IMG/VR virus record: IMGVR_UViG_2860317346_000001
Coordinates: 1 to 64,000 of that record
Length of the DNA: 64,000 nt
Direction: 5' to 3' (one strand)
Source of the DNA: an uncultured virus (IMG/VR IMGVR_UViG_2860317346_000001)
Lineage: Duplodnaviria > Heunggongvirae > Uroviricota > Caudoviricetes
The notes under the pieces: generated by a model
Told to the model about the DNA's origin: nothing
Seen by the model: only the letters and a program-made list of their open reading frames with translations
The model's database searches: none
Shown: piece by piece, positions 21,297 through 30,804 of the stretch
How the letters are laid out: each line of letters opens with the position of its first letter
Numbering within the stretch: position 1 is the stretch's first letter
Program-made: the position numbers and the translations under genes

Positions 21297-21410
21297 TCAC
21301 ACCTAGGTTTAACTTTTTTAGGTGACTACCCTAATTAAACGAGGTCCGAGCAATCGGACCTATCATTTTCTCGTAGGGTGTATTAACAAATTTCACAAAA
21401 AAGTTGCAGG
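21297..21410 (+). ncRNA. Candidate structured non-coding RNA (long hairpin with GCAA tetraloop)
   Basis: Nested complementary segments AACTTTTTT/AAAAAAGTT, GTGA/TCAC, ACCCTA/TAGGGT, CGAG/CTCG and GTCCGA-GCAA-TCGGAC. Confidence 0.45.
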
Positions 21411-21487
21411 GTCCGTACAATGTGTGTGGTGTGAGTGTGACTCACAAAGTGATGAATTGTGTATTACTTTCGAACGTTTTTTTTGGA

Positions 21488-21861
21488 AAAAAGGGTATGA
21501 CCCTTTTTGTGAAAAGGGTATGACTCTTTTTAGGTAAAATTAAATGTATGTATAAACGAATTGATTTTGTATTTATTATATGACCGGAAATTTCATATAT
21601 CTAAATTTATGGATTTGATTTTTTCTTACGTGTATATATTTACACCCAAAAAGGGTATGACCAAATTCCTAAAAAGGGTATGACCCTTTTTTCTAAGAAT
21701 GAATAATTGTTATTTTCACTAAAAGAAGTAGTATATTGTATATTATTATAATATATTATATAATATATTATATTATTATATTATACGTTATTATTATACG
21801 TGTTTTCTGAATAGTGTTTATAAAGTTATTGATTTTTACGGAAAAGGGTATGACCCTTTTT
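21488..21861. repeat. Five palindromic iterons AAAAAGGGT-ATG-ACCCTTTTT (probable replication origin)
   Basis: Copies at 21488, 21512, 21648 (partial), 21671 and 21842. Confidence 0.85.
21731..21800. other. AT-rich tract, candidate DNA unwinding element
   Basis: Almost pure A/T (TATTATTATAATATATTATATAATATATT...) between iterons 4 and 5. Confidence 0.65.
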
Positions 21862-21921
21862 TCTGAAAAAACGAATTTCGTATCATCATTTTTGACACAT
21901 TTTCGGTGAAACGTAACAAAC

Positions 21922-22375
21922 GTGAATATAAAACGCTTGTGTAAAAACGCACCCACGTGGGAATAATATCCCGAAAATATTGTGAATATAAACGATAAAT
22001 TTTTCGCGCCGTATTTTCACATATAACGAACGGATTCGTGCGGTATAAACACACGACCACCAACACGTTTGGCGTTTTTTCGATTATTGTAAAACGGAGT
22101 TAAATCGTAAAATAATTGTGAATCTAAAACGTGCCGTTTAATGAACGTACACAGTAGCTGGTAATGCGTTAAAATACGTTATATTCACAATATTGTAAAT
22201 TTACGTAGATGACAAAATCGGTTATAACCGGAAAAGTACAAAACAGAACACATATACGCACTTTCATTATCGTAACTCGTTATATTCACAATCTTTAACG
22301 AATTTTTTCAAATGATGTTTGAAAATATAATTTCGTGAATCTAAAGGCGACGTGGACCACGAAAGTTATATTCAC
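21922..22375. repeat. Seven copies of GTGAAT(A/C)TAA in both orientations
   Basis: Plus strand at 21922, 21982, 22118, 22335; minus strand at 22179, 22280, 22366. Confidence 0.75.
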
Positions 22376-22661
22376 AGTAAATATTGATAAGTGGGCGTAT
22401 TTGTAACGGAATAAGTGTTTCCAATATTACCACAATCGTAGGTAGTATATAAACCTTAACTATTTTTTCGTACCTAAACGTAAAAACTTGTTAATGCCGT
22501 TATAATTACAACATTATATCTATACACTTGAATGTATCGTTATTATGACGCGAAATTCAAAACGTAATAAATAATATGCGCAAACAGCCGCGGGTCCAGA
22601 AAAAACGTAACAACGTATATAATGAATCTACGAATGTTTCGATTATAAGGTGAATCGTAAT

Positions 22662-23915
22662 ATGACTAACGATATCCAGAAGTTTAAAGAGCTTCACGCT
22701 AAAATATCCGAAATTAGAGCTACATCCTCGACTAACGCTAAGAAAGCAATCATCGAAAAATACAAAGATGATGAATTGTTCGCGAAGGTCCTGCAGTACA
22801 CGTATAACATACATATGAAATTTTACATGAAAAAATTACCAGAACCGGTAATCTTCGAAGAATTTTCGATTGAAGAACTCTTTAATCACCTAGATTATCT
22901 TAACACAAAAGGTAGTGCATCTAAACATGATAAAATGCGGTTAGCCGCAATCGCCGGTGAAACACCTGAGATAATCGACATTGTAACGTGTATACTCAAA
23001 AAGGATATACGTGCAAACATCAGTTCGAAAATAGTTTCACCGTATGTGGATTTACCACTCGGTAAGACTATACAACTCGCCGAACCACAATCGAAACTTG
23101 ATAAATTCAAGAAAAAATTCGATACGGTTGGAATCCAGTACAAATTGGATGGTGTGCGTAACGTTTGTACGATTAAAGATGGCGTGTTAACACACGTTTC
23201 ACGTAAAGGGCTACCGTACCAGTGTTTCGATGATGAACTCCTGAGAACAAAAATTACGGAATTTGCACAACCGCTCATAGACAAATACGGTCCGGTTATA
23301 CTGGACGGTGAGATGGTTGCGATACTACCTGATAAATTCGGTAGCACATTGCAAGAATTAATGACATTCGTTCAACGTAAATCCGGTGAAGGTACGGTTA
23401 AAGTTGAACATCTAAGGTATTGTGTCTACGATATCATGATGGACGATTTAACACAAGAAGAACGCTGGAAAGTTCTCAGTGAATGTGTTGATAACGATGT
23501 CGTGTTGGTGTTACCGCACTATATCGATAGTTCAGCGAATTTACTCAAATACCGTGACGAAGCTTTAGCCGCTGGATATGAGGGTATTGTGGCAAAAAAC
23601 CTCAAGGGTTTGTACCACGGTAAACGTACAATCGATTGGATTAAGTATAAACGCTTTGACACAATCGATGTTACCGTCATAGACGTCGTAGAAGGTGAAG
23701 GTAAATGTAAAGGTTCCATGGGCACGTTAACAATTGAATTACCTACGGGTGTTACACAAGACCTCGGTACAGGGTTTACTGATGATTTCAGAATGAAATG
23801 TTGGACCAACCCGAGCGAAATCATTGGTAAAGTTATCGAAGTTGAACACCAGGGTTATTCGAATGAAGGTAAACTTGTGTTCGCGTCCTTTGAAAAAATC
23901 AGAAACGATAAGTGA
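22662..23915 (+). CDS. lig: ATP-dependent DNA ligase
   Basis: YKLDGVR (motif I), LDGEMV, YDI, EGIVAK, WIKYK, C-terminal OB domain with GTGF. Confidence 0.95.
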   Translation: MTNDIQKFKELHAKISEIRATSSTNAKKAIIEKYKDDELFAKVLQYTYNIHMKFYMKKLPEPVIFEEFSIEELFNHLDYLNTKGSASKHDKMRLAAIAGETPEIIDIVTCILKKDIRANISSKIVSPYVDLPLGKTIQLAEPQSKLDKFKKKFDTVGIQYKLDGVRNVCTIKDGVLTHVSRKGLPYQCFDDELLRTKITEFAQPLIDKYGPVILDGEMVAILPDKFGSTLQELMTFVQRKSGEGTVKVEHLRYCVYDIMMDDLTQEERWKVLSECVDNDVVLVLPHYIDSSANLLKYRDEALAAGYEGIVAKNLKGLYHGKRTIDWIKYKRFDTIDVTVIDVVEGEGKCKGSMGTLTIELPTGVTQDLGTGFTDDFRMKCWTNPSEIIGKVIEVEHQGYSNEGKLVFASFEKIRNDK

Positions 23916-24505
23916 TTGATATGGATAAACTAGCTGAATTATATGTTCGTAAATTAGCTTGTGTTAAAGCTATAAATGAAGCATCTTCAACGTTAAACGA
24001 ACTTGACGGCGAAATACAACAAATGCTCGATTGCACCAATACCGATGAGGGTCTAGGACCGATTAAACCGAACGGAACGTATTATACCCTTGACTGTACA
24101 TTTTCACCGGTACCTGTTAAAGCTGAACCAAGTGTACCTGAAGACGTAATCGCATCTGGTAATTATTTCAGTAATGAATGTTCAGCCGATTATTACGGTA
24201 GTATATTCAAATTTATACTTGGTTTCGTCAGGTCCGGTGAATACGCCGTATCTACCCTACCGATAAACATGTTGGCTGTACCTACCATGAACTTGGTTAC
24301 AGTACACGACTCAGCTTATGTGATCGAGTTAGATGAAAATAACGACACGTTTTCGGTAGTTCCAGCTACAAAAGCCACAACGTGTATATTCGGAATGTCT
24401 TTCATAAACGAAGATGCAGCTACAGCTGTACTCACGAAGTATAAACGAGATTTTGAGCATATGAGAGAAGTTTACATCCATATGCCATACAATTACGATG
24501 AGTAA
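23912..24505 (+). CDS. Hypothetical protein, paralog of 24515..25237
   Basis: VPEDVIASGNYF...SA and AYVI...F....A motifs. Confidence 0.75.
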   Translation: MIDMDKLAELYVRKLACVKAINEASSTLNELDGEIQQMLDCTNTDEGLGPIKPNGTYYTLDCTFSPVPVKAEPSVPEDVIASGNYFSNECSADYYGSIFKFILGFVRSGEYAVSTLPINMLAVPTMNLVTVHDSAYVIELDENNDTFSVVPATKATTCIFGMSFINEDAATAVLTKYKRDFEHMREVYIHMPYNYDE

Positions 24506-24514
24506 GGTGATTTA

Positions 24515-25237
24515 ATGACATTCAATTCAACAGAAAGTATAAAATCTTTAGACGAACGCATACAAGCAGCTCAACAAGATAAAGATGAGCTCGATAAAAC
24601 CATATGTGCGTTAAAGAATGAGAAGAAAATTATTTTAGAACACGAGAGTAAGTTGGCTAAGTACGGGCTAGTTACACCTACCGAACCAGATACCGACGTA
24701 TACATCATATCTTCTGATTTTAAAGTACTGCCGATGAGATACGCAGAAGTACCTGAGTCTGTAATTGAAGCAGGTAATGTGTTTACCATTAAAGAAAGCG
24801 CAATGTACGTTGCAACCATGATGAAACACATGATGTTCGATTTACGTGACATATACTACGGTAATGGTGCTAATTTAATGCAACCACTCAAACCTGTACC
24901 ACAAGGCACGAACCCAGATGCATACGTTATAAAATGCGACCTTGCAATCAGTGAAGTGTATGTAGATATAGCGGCAAACGCTGACCTCATAGTTGGTGGT
25001 TTAGTATTTACTACTGAAAAATCAGCTATCATCTACCTAAACACCAGAGGTCCGTTGATTCAAGAATACATCACAACTTATGCTAAATTTCTAAATGAAT
25101 TTAGCGATGAAATATCCGCTGACGTGGATGATACTGTGGATGTAGAAACACCAGCAGCCGCCGATTCGTGTGAAATCATAAACCCAACGATTTTATGCTT
25201 TACGTGCTCACACGAGGGTGACGGGTGTGAGATTTAA
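24515..25237 (+). CDS. Hypothetical protein, paralog of 23912..24505
   Basis: VPESVIEAGNVF...SA and AYVI motifs; N-terminal coiled coil. Confidence 0.75.
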   Translation: MTFNSTESIKSLDERIQAAQQDKDELDKTICALKNEKKIILEHESKLAKYGLVTPTEPDTDVYIISSDFKVLPMRYAEVPESVIEAGNVFTIKESAMYVATMMKHMMFDLRDIYYGNGANLMQPLKPVPQGTNPDAYVIKCDLAISEVYVDIAANADLIVGGLVFTTEKSAIIYLNTRGPLIQEYITTYAKFLNEFSDEISADVDDTVDVETPAAADSCEIINPTILCFTCSHEGDGCEI

Positions 25238-25532
25238 ATACAATTTCGAATTTGAAACGAACATCCCAATAGGCGACTTACACCACATTACCGAAAATAT
25301 CGTAAAATTGTTACCCGATTCTATATCGGATTATTCTTTTACACCGAAAGATGATGGGTTTACGTTAGAAGGAAACAGTGCGTTGTCGATGATCGAAACA
25401 GACGCACTTATAAGCCATCTTAACGTTTATTATGGTAAAACCGGTATAGGTTACACGGTCAAAAAAGTAGATTCAGCGACATCACCGTTTACAACTTTGA
25501 ATGACCGGACGGTGCTAAGTGTACACGTTTGA
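25218..25532 (+). CDS. Hypothetical protein
   Basis: 104-aa ORF coupled to its neighbours. Confidence 0.6.
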   Translation: MTGVRFKYNFEFETNIPIGDLHHITENIVKLLPDSISDYSFTPKDDGFTLEGNSALSMIETDALISHLNVYYGKTGIGYTVKKVDSATSPFTTLNDRTVLSVHV

Positions 25533-25908
25533 TGAGGTTATTGAAACATCAGAAGTGGTATCATTACCAATTAACCGCGGTTTTATCCTGCAGTGTGGAA
25601 CGATAATAAACATCGGTGATATATCGAAAAACCACATTGCACACTGTAAGTATTTTGAAGTTCGGACTACGAATAATAAATACAAAATGGTACCTTATTC
25701 TGTATCAAACGGTGAATTGGATGTAAAAGTGTACAAGTATTTGTCAATCGCACAAAAACTTGCTATAACACGAGCATTCACCGAACAAGATATAATCATA
25801 AACGTGGACCTGTATGACATTAGTGTTGATGGTAGATTTATCGAAGTCGACTGGTTAACTATCACGAATATAACAGAATTACGGTCATTTTTCGATCGGT
25901 TTACTTAA
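25519..25908 (+). CDS. Hypothetical protein
   Basis: 129-aa ORF, GGTG RBS. Confidence 0.6.
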   Translation: MYTFDEVIETSEVVSLPINRGFILQCGTIINIGDISKNHIAHCKYFEVRTTNNKYKMVPYSVSNGELDVKVYKYLSIAQKLAITRAFTEQDIIINVDLYDISVDGRFIEVDWLTITNITELRSFFDRFT

Positions 25909-25919
25909 TGGTGTAAAGT

Positions 25920-26672
25920 ATGTACGCTATTGTTGCAGAAAACATAAAAGAAGCTTACGAAGACCTTATCGTAACGATAATGGATGACGGGCAATCTATG
26001 ATAACCGAAGACGGTCAGAAGTGCCGAGAACTCGAAAACGTTGTTATAGAAATTAATAACCCACAGGATTTAACTGTGTCCAGAAAATTCCCACTTGGTC
26101 TTAATTCAGTTAAATCGTATGCTGATCAATTATTACACGGCGTTAAATCTGAATCAGCGTTCGTATACGACTACCATAGTCGATTGTTTAAATATCCATC
26201 AAGTTCATTGATGATGATGTTCAAAAATAAAGGTGCTGAGTTAGTATTTCGATTATACCCTGATATCGTGACGAAATATCACGACAAGTTACTTGGTGCC
26301 GAAAGAAACGATGAATGTGACCAGATAGCATACACTATTGCAAAGTTGAAATCACAAATAAATTCCAGGCGAGCGGTTGCGATTACATGGTCACCGAAAC
26401 GAGACCATTACGAAAAGCACGTACCGTGTATGCAGTATATCCAGTTTTTAGTACGTGATGGTAACATGACGATGACTGTACTGTTTAGGTCAAATGATGC
26501 GCTGTTGGCATTCCACGCCAATGCTATCGGACTCGTTACACTCGGTCAGATGGTAGCGGACGAGCTTGGTGTTACCTTCAACAAATACGTACACCATTCG
26601 GTTTCGATGCACATCTACGAGGAACGCGATTCGGATGATTTGAAAAAATATTTCTTTATAGGTAAAAAATGA
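25920..26672 (+). CDS. thyA: Thymidylate synthase, archaeal (methanogen-like) type
   Basis: ITEDGQKCRE N-terminus, FVYDYHSRL, SRRAVA, catalytic VPC, FRSND, SMHIYE. Confidence 0.9.
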   Translation: MYAIVAENIKEAYEDLIVTIMDDGQSMITEDGQKCRELENVVIEINNPQDLTVSRKFPLGLNSVKSYADQLLHGVKSESAFVYDYHSRLFKYPSSSLMMMFKNKGAELVFRLYPDIVTKYHDKLLGAERNDECDQIAYTIAKLKSQINSRRAVAITWSPKRDHYEKHVPCMQYIQFLVRDGNMTMTVLFRSNDALLAFHANAIGLVTLGQMVADELGVTFNKYVHHSVSMHIYEERDSDDLKKYFFIGKK

Positions 26673-27223
26673 TTTATTTAGATATCGATAACACGGTGTT
26701 TAATTCAATCGATAAGTTCATAGAGATTATATGTAAAGAAAATGACGTTAAACCGAACGGTAAATGGGAAGATGTTACAGCTTACAACTTCGCACCCGTT
26801 ATCAACGGTTTAACTGAAACCAAAATACTTGACGTATTTGACCACCCTGACTTTTACAGTACGATGCATTATATGCCTGGTGCGAAAAAAGCGGTAACGA
26901 ACTTAATCGACGAATATCCCGATGATGTGTGTTTCACAACCATGGGTTCGAATAAAAATATCGTAAACAAACTTAATCTCATTCAGGAAACCTTTCCCGG
27001 TTGCCCGATGATAGTTTTAACCAACATTCATAATAAAAGAATGTTACACCAGCATAACTCGATATACGTAGATGACCATCCGAAAAATCTAATCGGGGCT
27101 GAAATACCTGTTTTGTACGAACATGGTATCAAAAAAGAATGGAATAAGGAGTGGACCGATGACGTTTTCAAAAGTTGGTCAGACATCGAAACATTCATCC
27201 ATAATCGCTTAACGTTTATGTGA
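26669..27223 (+). CDS. 5'(3')-deoxyribonucleotidase, HAD superfamily
   Basis: IYLDIDNTV, YVDDHPKN, WN motif. Confidence 0.85.
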   Translation: MIYLDIDNTVFNSIDKFIEIICKENDVKPNGKWEDVTAYNFAPVINGLTETKILDVFDHPDFYSTMHYMPGAKKAVTNLIDEYPDDVCFTTMGSNKNIVNKLNLIQETFPGCPMIVLTNIHNKRMLHQHNSIYVDDHPKNLIGAEIPVLYEHGIKKEWNKEWTDDVFKSWSDIETFIHNRLTFM

Positions 27224-27649
27224 TGACAATTTCATCACTTCGGTAGCTTGTGTTTGCGTTTTTGTAAGAACTGAATTAATCCACGCATTATCTGCGGTCT
27301 CAGCGTCAGTTATTTCCAAAACGGTTAACGTTTTCCTATTAACAACACACCACGTTATAAGCCCGACTTTACATACGATGTTAGATTTTTCGAATATAGA
27401 TTCACTAATGTTTCTATATTTAGCTATCTGCTCAATTAAATGGTTGTAAAGCGCTTTCGTAGGTTTTGTAATATCTGCTATCGATTTTACTTCAATTAGA
27501 TACATTATACCGTCTTTAAACGCTATAATATCTGGATTGGTATCACTAACAGCGGTTTTGAAAACGTAATAGCCTTGTTTTTCGAGTAACGTTTTGGTTT
27601 TTGATTCGTACGCGGCACCCCGCCGCTTATTATTTTTTATAACAGCCAA
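27209..27649 (-). CDS. hjc: Archaeal-type Holliday junction resolvase
   Basis: RRGAAYE...L...GYYV....S...PDIIA......LIEVKS. Confidence 0.88.
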   Translation of the reverse strand: MAVIKNNKRRGAAYESKTKTLLEKQGYYVFKTAVSDTNPDIIAFKDGIMYLIEVKSIADITKPTKALYNHLIEQIAKYRNISESIFEKSNIVCKVGLITWCVVNRKTLTVLEITDAETADNAWINSVLTKTQTQATEVMKLSSHKR

Positions 27650-27730
27650 GAGAACACCTGAAGGGTTTTTTACAAACTTATAAAAATGTGTGTAGCTTTT
27701 TATTATTTACCCAAAGAATGGTGGTGCTAT

Positions 27731-28528
27731 TTGATAGAAATAAAAATTATACCTGGTTTGGTAGTAAAACGACAAGAACGGTCAATGTTATGTGCAATCG
27801 TTGAATCCGAAAACGGTTGCATGGTACAGGTAAAATGTAATAGTTTATCGTACTATTTCAGTATGTCTACACCGGATTCTACACGAACAGCAGTTACGAA
27901 ACTTAGAATGTTTGCAACTAAATCGATATCCGCAATGTTTTTATTTATGACGAATATGAACCCGCAGATACCACTTATAGTAACACATCGTGATAATTTA
28001 GGCCCAGAAACGTTTATAATCGAACACCGAATAGCTAAACCACCATTCGTTATCGACATTGACAACCATAGCGATTACAAGATAATTCATCTAGGTTCAT
28101 CGCCTATGCTGCTCAACTCGAAGAATGAAAAAGTTATAAAACACGGAATTAACATATTCGAGCCGCCGTTAACCGTAAAGGAGTTATTTAATTATTTACG
28201 TAAGCACGGACGTGTATACGAAGGTATGCTCAAAATGATGTATACGAACCAAGGCATGGTTACGAACGCTTTTTATATCGAAGATTACGATTCTTACGTT
28301 ATCGTAACCGACGATTATATTTTTAGTGAAAAAACCATCGCCGTTGACGATTATACGTTTGTTGTGAATGAATCCGAACCACTACTTGATGGTATAATCG
28401 ACACGACTACAACGTACGGGTTGTGTCATATTAACGATGATTTTTCGTTTTCAACATGTGAATCACAAGAAGACATCGAAGTGTTCAAAAATATATTGGA
28501 GAAAAATTATGTCAGTAAAGTTGTATGA
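27731..28528 (+). CDS. Hypothetical protein (probable paralog of the next gene)
   Basis: TTG start after GGTGG; C-terminal GLCHINDDF..F..IL resembles GLYKINDEL..F..IL of the next gene. Confidence 0.7.
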   Translation: MIEIKIIPGLVVKRQERSMLCAIVESENGCMVQVKCNSLSYYFSMSTPDSTRTAVTKLRMFATKSISAMFLFMTNMNPQIPLIVTHRDNLGPETFIIEHRIAKPPFVIDIDNHSDYKIIHLGSSPMLLNSKNEKVIKHGINIFEPPLTVKELFNYLRKHGRVYEGMLKMMYTNQGMVTNAFYIEDYDSYVIVTDDYIFSEKTIAVDDYTFVVNESEPLLDGIIDTTTTYGLCHINDDFSFSTCESQEDIEVFKNILEKNYVSKVV

Positions 28529-29270
28529 GACATTTAATTGTTTATCGTTTGGGTATATCGATGATAGGATTCGATTCAATAAATTACCAGCATTTTCCGT
28601 ATACGACGTTGAATTTGATGGATTCCATATGTACTTATCGATTATGCCAAGCGTAGGACAAGCTGGACAACGATTACAAGAAGACCCATTAGCATTTATA
28701 CAGACAATCCAAACTCCAAAAATTGTATTGAATAATCGACCGTTATCATCATACATGATAAAATGGGGATTACACACGAATACACCAATTATGAACAACA
28801 CGCCGTATATTCACGTTGAAAACACAAAAAGTACGTTTACCCCATGTAAAATGTCGGTTGGTAGTAACATTCTAGTAACGACTAAGGACGGTCGCGTCTT
28901 TTACTACTACGATGGTGAAATTACTGAGGTAACACCTGTTGGGGTTTCGTTTGACGATGATATCATCAATAATAGAAAAACACAGACGATGACCACACCG
29001 ATTTATTACAATAAACGTTATGACAACTATGTAAATCAGTACGGTCGTGTTGATTATATTTTCGATAACGGCGAAGTTTTACTGAACGTTAGTAAAAATG
29101 GCGTCGTATTTTCAGGTGGAACATCGTTTACATTCGACGATTATATCCTAAATAATGAAGGTTTATATAAAATCAACGATGAACTCCAAATCACACGAGC
29201 CACAAGCTCGGATATGTTGGAGTTTAAGGATAAAATATTGAAAACGGATGACTTGAAAAGTTTACCGTAA
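28509..29270 (+). CDS. Hypothetical protein
   Basis: ATG 28509 after GGAG; shares C-terminal motif with the previous gene. Confidence 0.7.
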   Translation: MSVKLYETFNCLSFGYIDDRIRFNKLPAFSVYDVEFDGFHMYLSIMPSVGQAGQRLQEDPLAFIQTIQTPKIVLNNRPLSSYMIKWGLHTNTPIMNNTPYIHVENTKSTFTPCKMSVGSNILVTTKDGRVFYYYDGEITEVTPVGVSFDDDIINNRKTQTMTTPIYYNKRYDNYVNQYGRVDYIFDNGEVLLNVSKNGVVFSGGTSFTFDDYILNNEGLYKINDELQITRATSSDMLEFKDKILKTDDLKSLP

Positions 29271-29356
29271 CTCTTTTTATCAAACACTCACCGTAAAACA
29301 CCGTTGAGTGATTACACTAACAACAATGTATCTAAATGTACAAATGAGGTATCACT

Positions 29357-30268
29357 ATGTCAGAATTAGCAACATCAACTTTGGAAACCATTGACCTTAA
29401 CAAGTTATCCGCGTACAGCGATGACGTTAGAAGGTCTACATGGTTCAACTTGAAATTATCCATTTCAGGTGATGCAGGTACTGGAAAATCAACATTCGCA
29501 TTGGAAGAAGCAGCATACATAGCTTCAATGTTCCCAGATATTACCGTACCGTTATACGTTGTTGATACTGATGACGCTATTATGTCAAATTTAACGGATA
29601 AAATCGTTAGAGAGAAATTGATTAAAGCTGGCGTCGATTTGAAAATCATCAACACGACAAAAATTCTACACTCACACAAAAACCTCATGGAAGGCTACAT
29701 TAAGTTACTCGACACGTTATACGAATTAAGGGACGAAGTAACCAAAGCAGAAACGCCTGTAATCATGATTATGGATTCTTTGACCGACTTGAGAACAAAC
29801 GCTGCGATCGCAATGACGCAAGCTAGATACGAGAAAGAATCAAAAGACCCTACGAAAAAGATTAGTAAAACCAGTACAACCGGAAACGTCGCTGATATGT
29901 TAAAAGATACGAGCACACAAGGTTTAGACTGGATGAAAGTTAAGTCGATTATGATTGATTTAACCTCAATCGCTAAAAACTCAAACATTCACGCGATTTT
30001 TACGTCAAAAGAAAAATACGAGAAAATCGAAAACAAAATGATTCCGAAACTCGATGGTTACGCTGGAATCGCATACGATTGTGCGGTTAACATGAGAATC
30101 TACAAAGAAGAAGATATCGTAAATGGCGAATCCAAAATGACTAGAAAAATCGAAATCAAGAAATTCAGACTCGGTAGGGAAACAGCTGAAGAAATTTACG
30201 TAATCCCAGGGAACTTTGACGATTACATGCAATTCGTTGAGGAAAAACTCAAAGTACAATACGCATAA
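29357..30268 (+). CDS. RecA-superfamily AAA_24/Sak4-like ATPase
   Basis: GDAGTGKST, VDTD, IMDSLTD, IFTSKEK; upstream of SSB. Confidence 0.75.
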   Translation: MSELATSTLETIDLNKLSAYSDDVRRSTWFNLKLSISGDAGTGKSTFALEEAAYIASMFPDITVPLYVVDTDDAIMSNLTDKIVREKLIKAGVDLKIINTTKILHSHKNLMEGYIKLLDTLYELRDEVTKAETPVIMIMDSLTDLRTNAAIAMTQARYEKESKDPTKKISKTSTTGNVADMLKDTSTQGLDWMKVKSIMIDLTSIAKNSNIHAIFTSKEKYEKIENKMIPKLDGYAGIAYDCAVNMRIYKEEDIVNGESKMTRKIEIKKFRLGRETAEEIYVIPGNFDDYMQFVEEKLKVQYA

Positions 30269-30484
30269 GTGATTGTTATGAAAAAACCTACTACGGTCAC
30301 GATAAAGCAAATGGATGGCCATTACTATTTTGACTGTAATAGAACATCAAACGCTTATCGTGTGCTGGAACGAGAATTAGAAATCATCGGTGTCCCGTAT
30401 TCACGTGAAGAAGCCGATGACATTAAATCTTTATTAATTAAACACAATTATGTAAAATCAAACGAAATTATGGAGATGGTATAA
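30269..30484 (+). CDS. Small hypothetical protein
   Basis: 71-aa ORF exactly filling the gap. Confidence 0.6.
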   Translation: MIVMKKPTTVTIKQMDGHYYFDCNRTSNAYRVLERELEIIGVPYSREEADDIKSLLIKHNYVKSNEIMEMV

Positions 30485-30485
30485 A

Positions 30486-30803
30486 ATGCAAGTATTCATG
30501 GGCGAAGGAAGACCAACAGCTGACCCAGTTAAGGGTGAAAACGGAAAACCTACAACATTCACAATCGCAATAAACAGGTCTTACAAAGACAAAAACACCA
30601 ACAAATACGAAGCCGATTTCTTTGAAGTTGTAGCTTTCGGTGAACTCGGTGCCCTCATCGCGAATTTAGCTAAAAAGGGTAAAATGTGTTCCGTTATCGG
30701 TGAAGTTCACAATGACAGGTGGACCGATAAACAAACCGGTGCGCCAAGACAAACCACAAAAATTTATGCGAATAAGTTTTTGTTACTCGATAGGAGTGAA
30801 TAA
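30486..30803 (+). CDS. ssb: Single-stranded DNA-binding protein, bacterial type
   Basis: GRPTADP, FTIAINR, ADFFEVVAFG, KKG..V.G, W.DK..G. Confidence 0.88.
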   Translation: MQVFMGEGRPTADPVKGENGKPTTFTIAINRSYKDKNTNKYEADFFEVVAFGELGALIANLAKKGKMCSVIGEVHNDRWTDKQTGAPRQTTKIYANKFLLLDRSE

Positions 30804-30804
30804 C

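Noticed and set aside
21488..21861. CRISPR array
   Set aside because: Repeats are about 21 bp with irregular gaps (2-3 nt or over 100 nt) and no uniform spacers
21322..22814. Short ORFs in the non-coding region (21322+, 21768-, 21836-, 22557-)
   Set aside because: They cross repeats and AT tracts, lack good RBSs and have atypical composition
29285..29310. CACTCA...TGAGTG hairpin as an ncRNA
   Set aside because: Only a 6-bp stem; too weak without other support
30700..30804. N-terminal extension of the guanylate kinase ORF (likewise 5582, 53325, 57963, 14214 extensions)
   Set aside because: These overlap upstream genes or terminators; RBS-supported starts lie downstream
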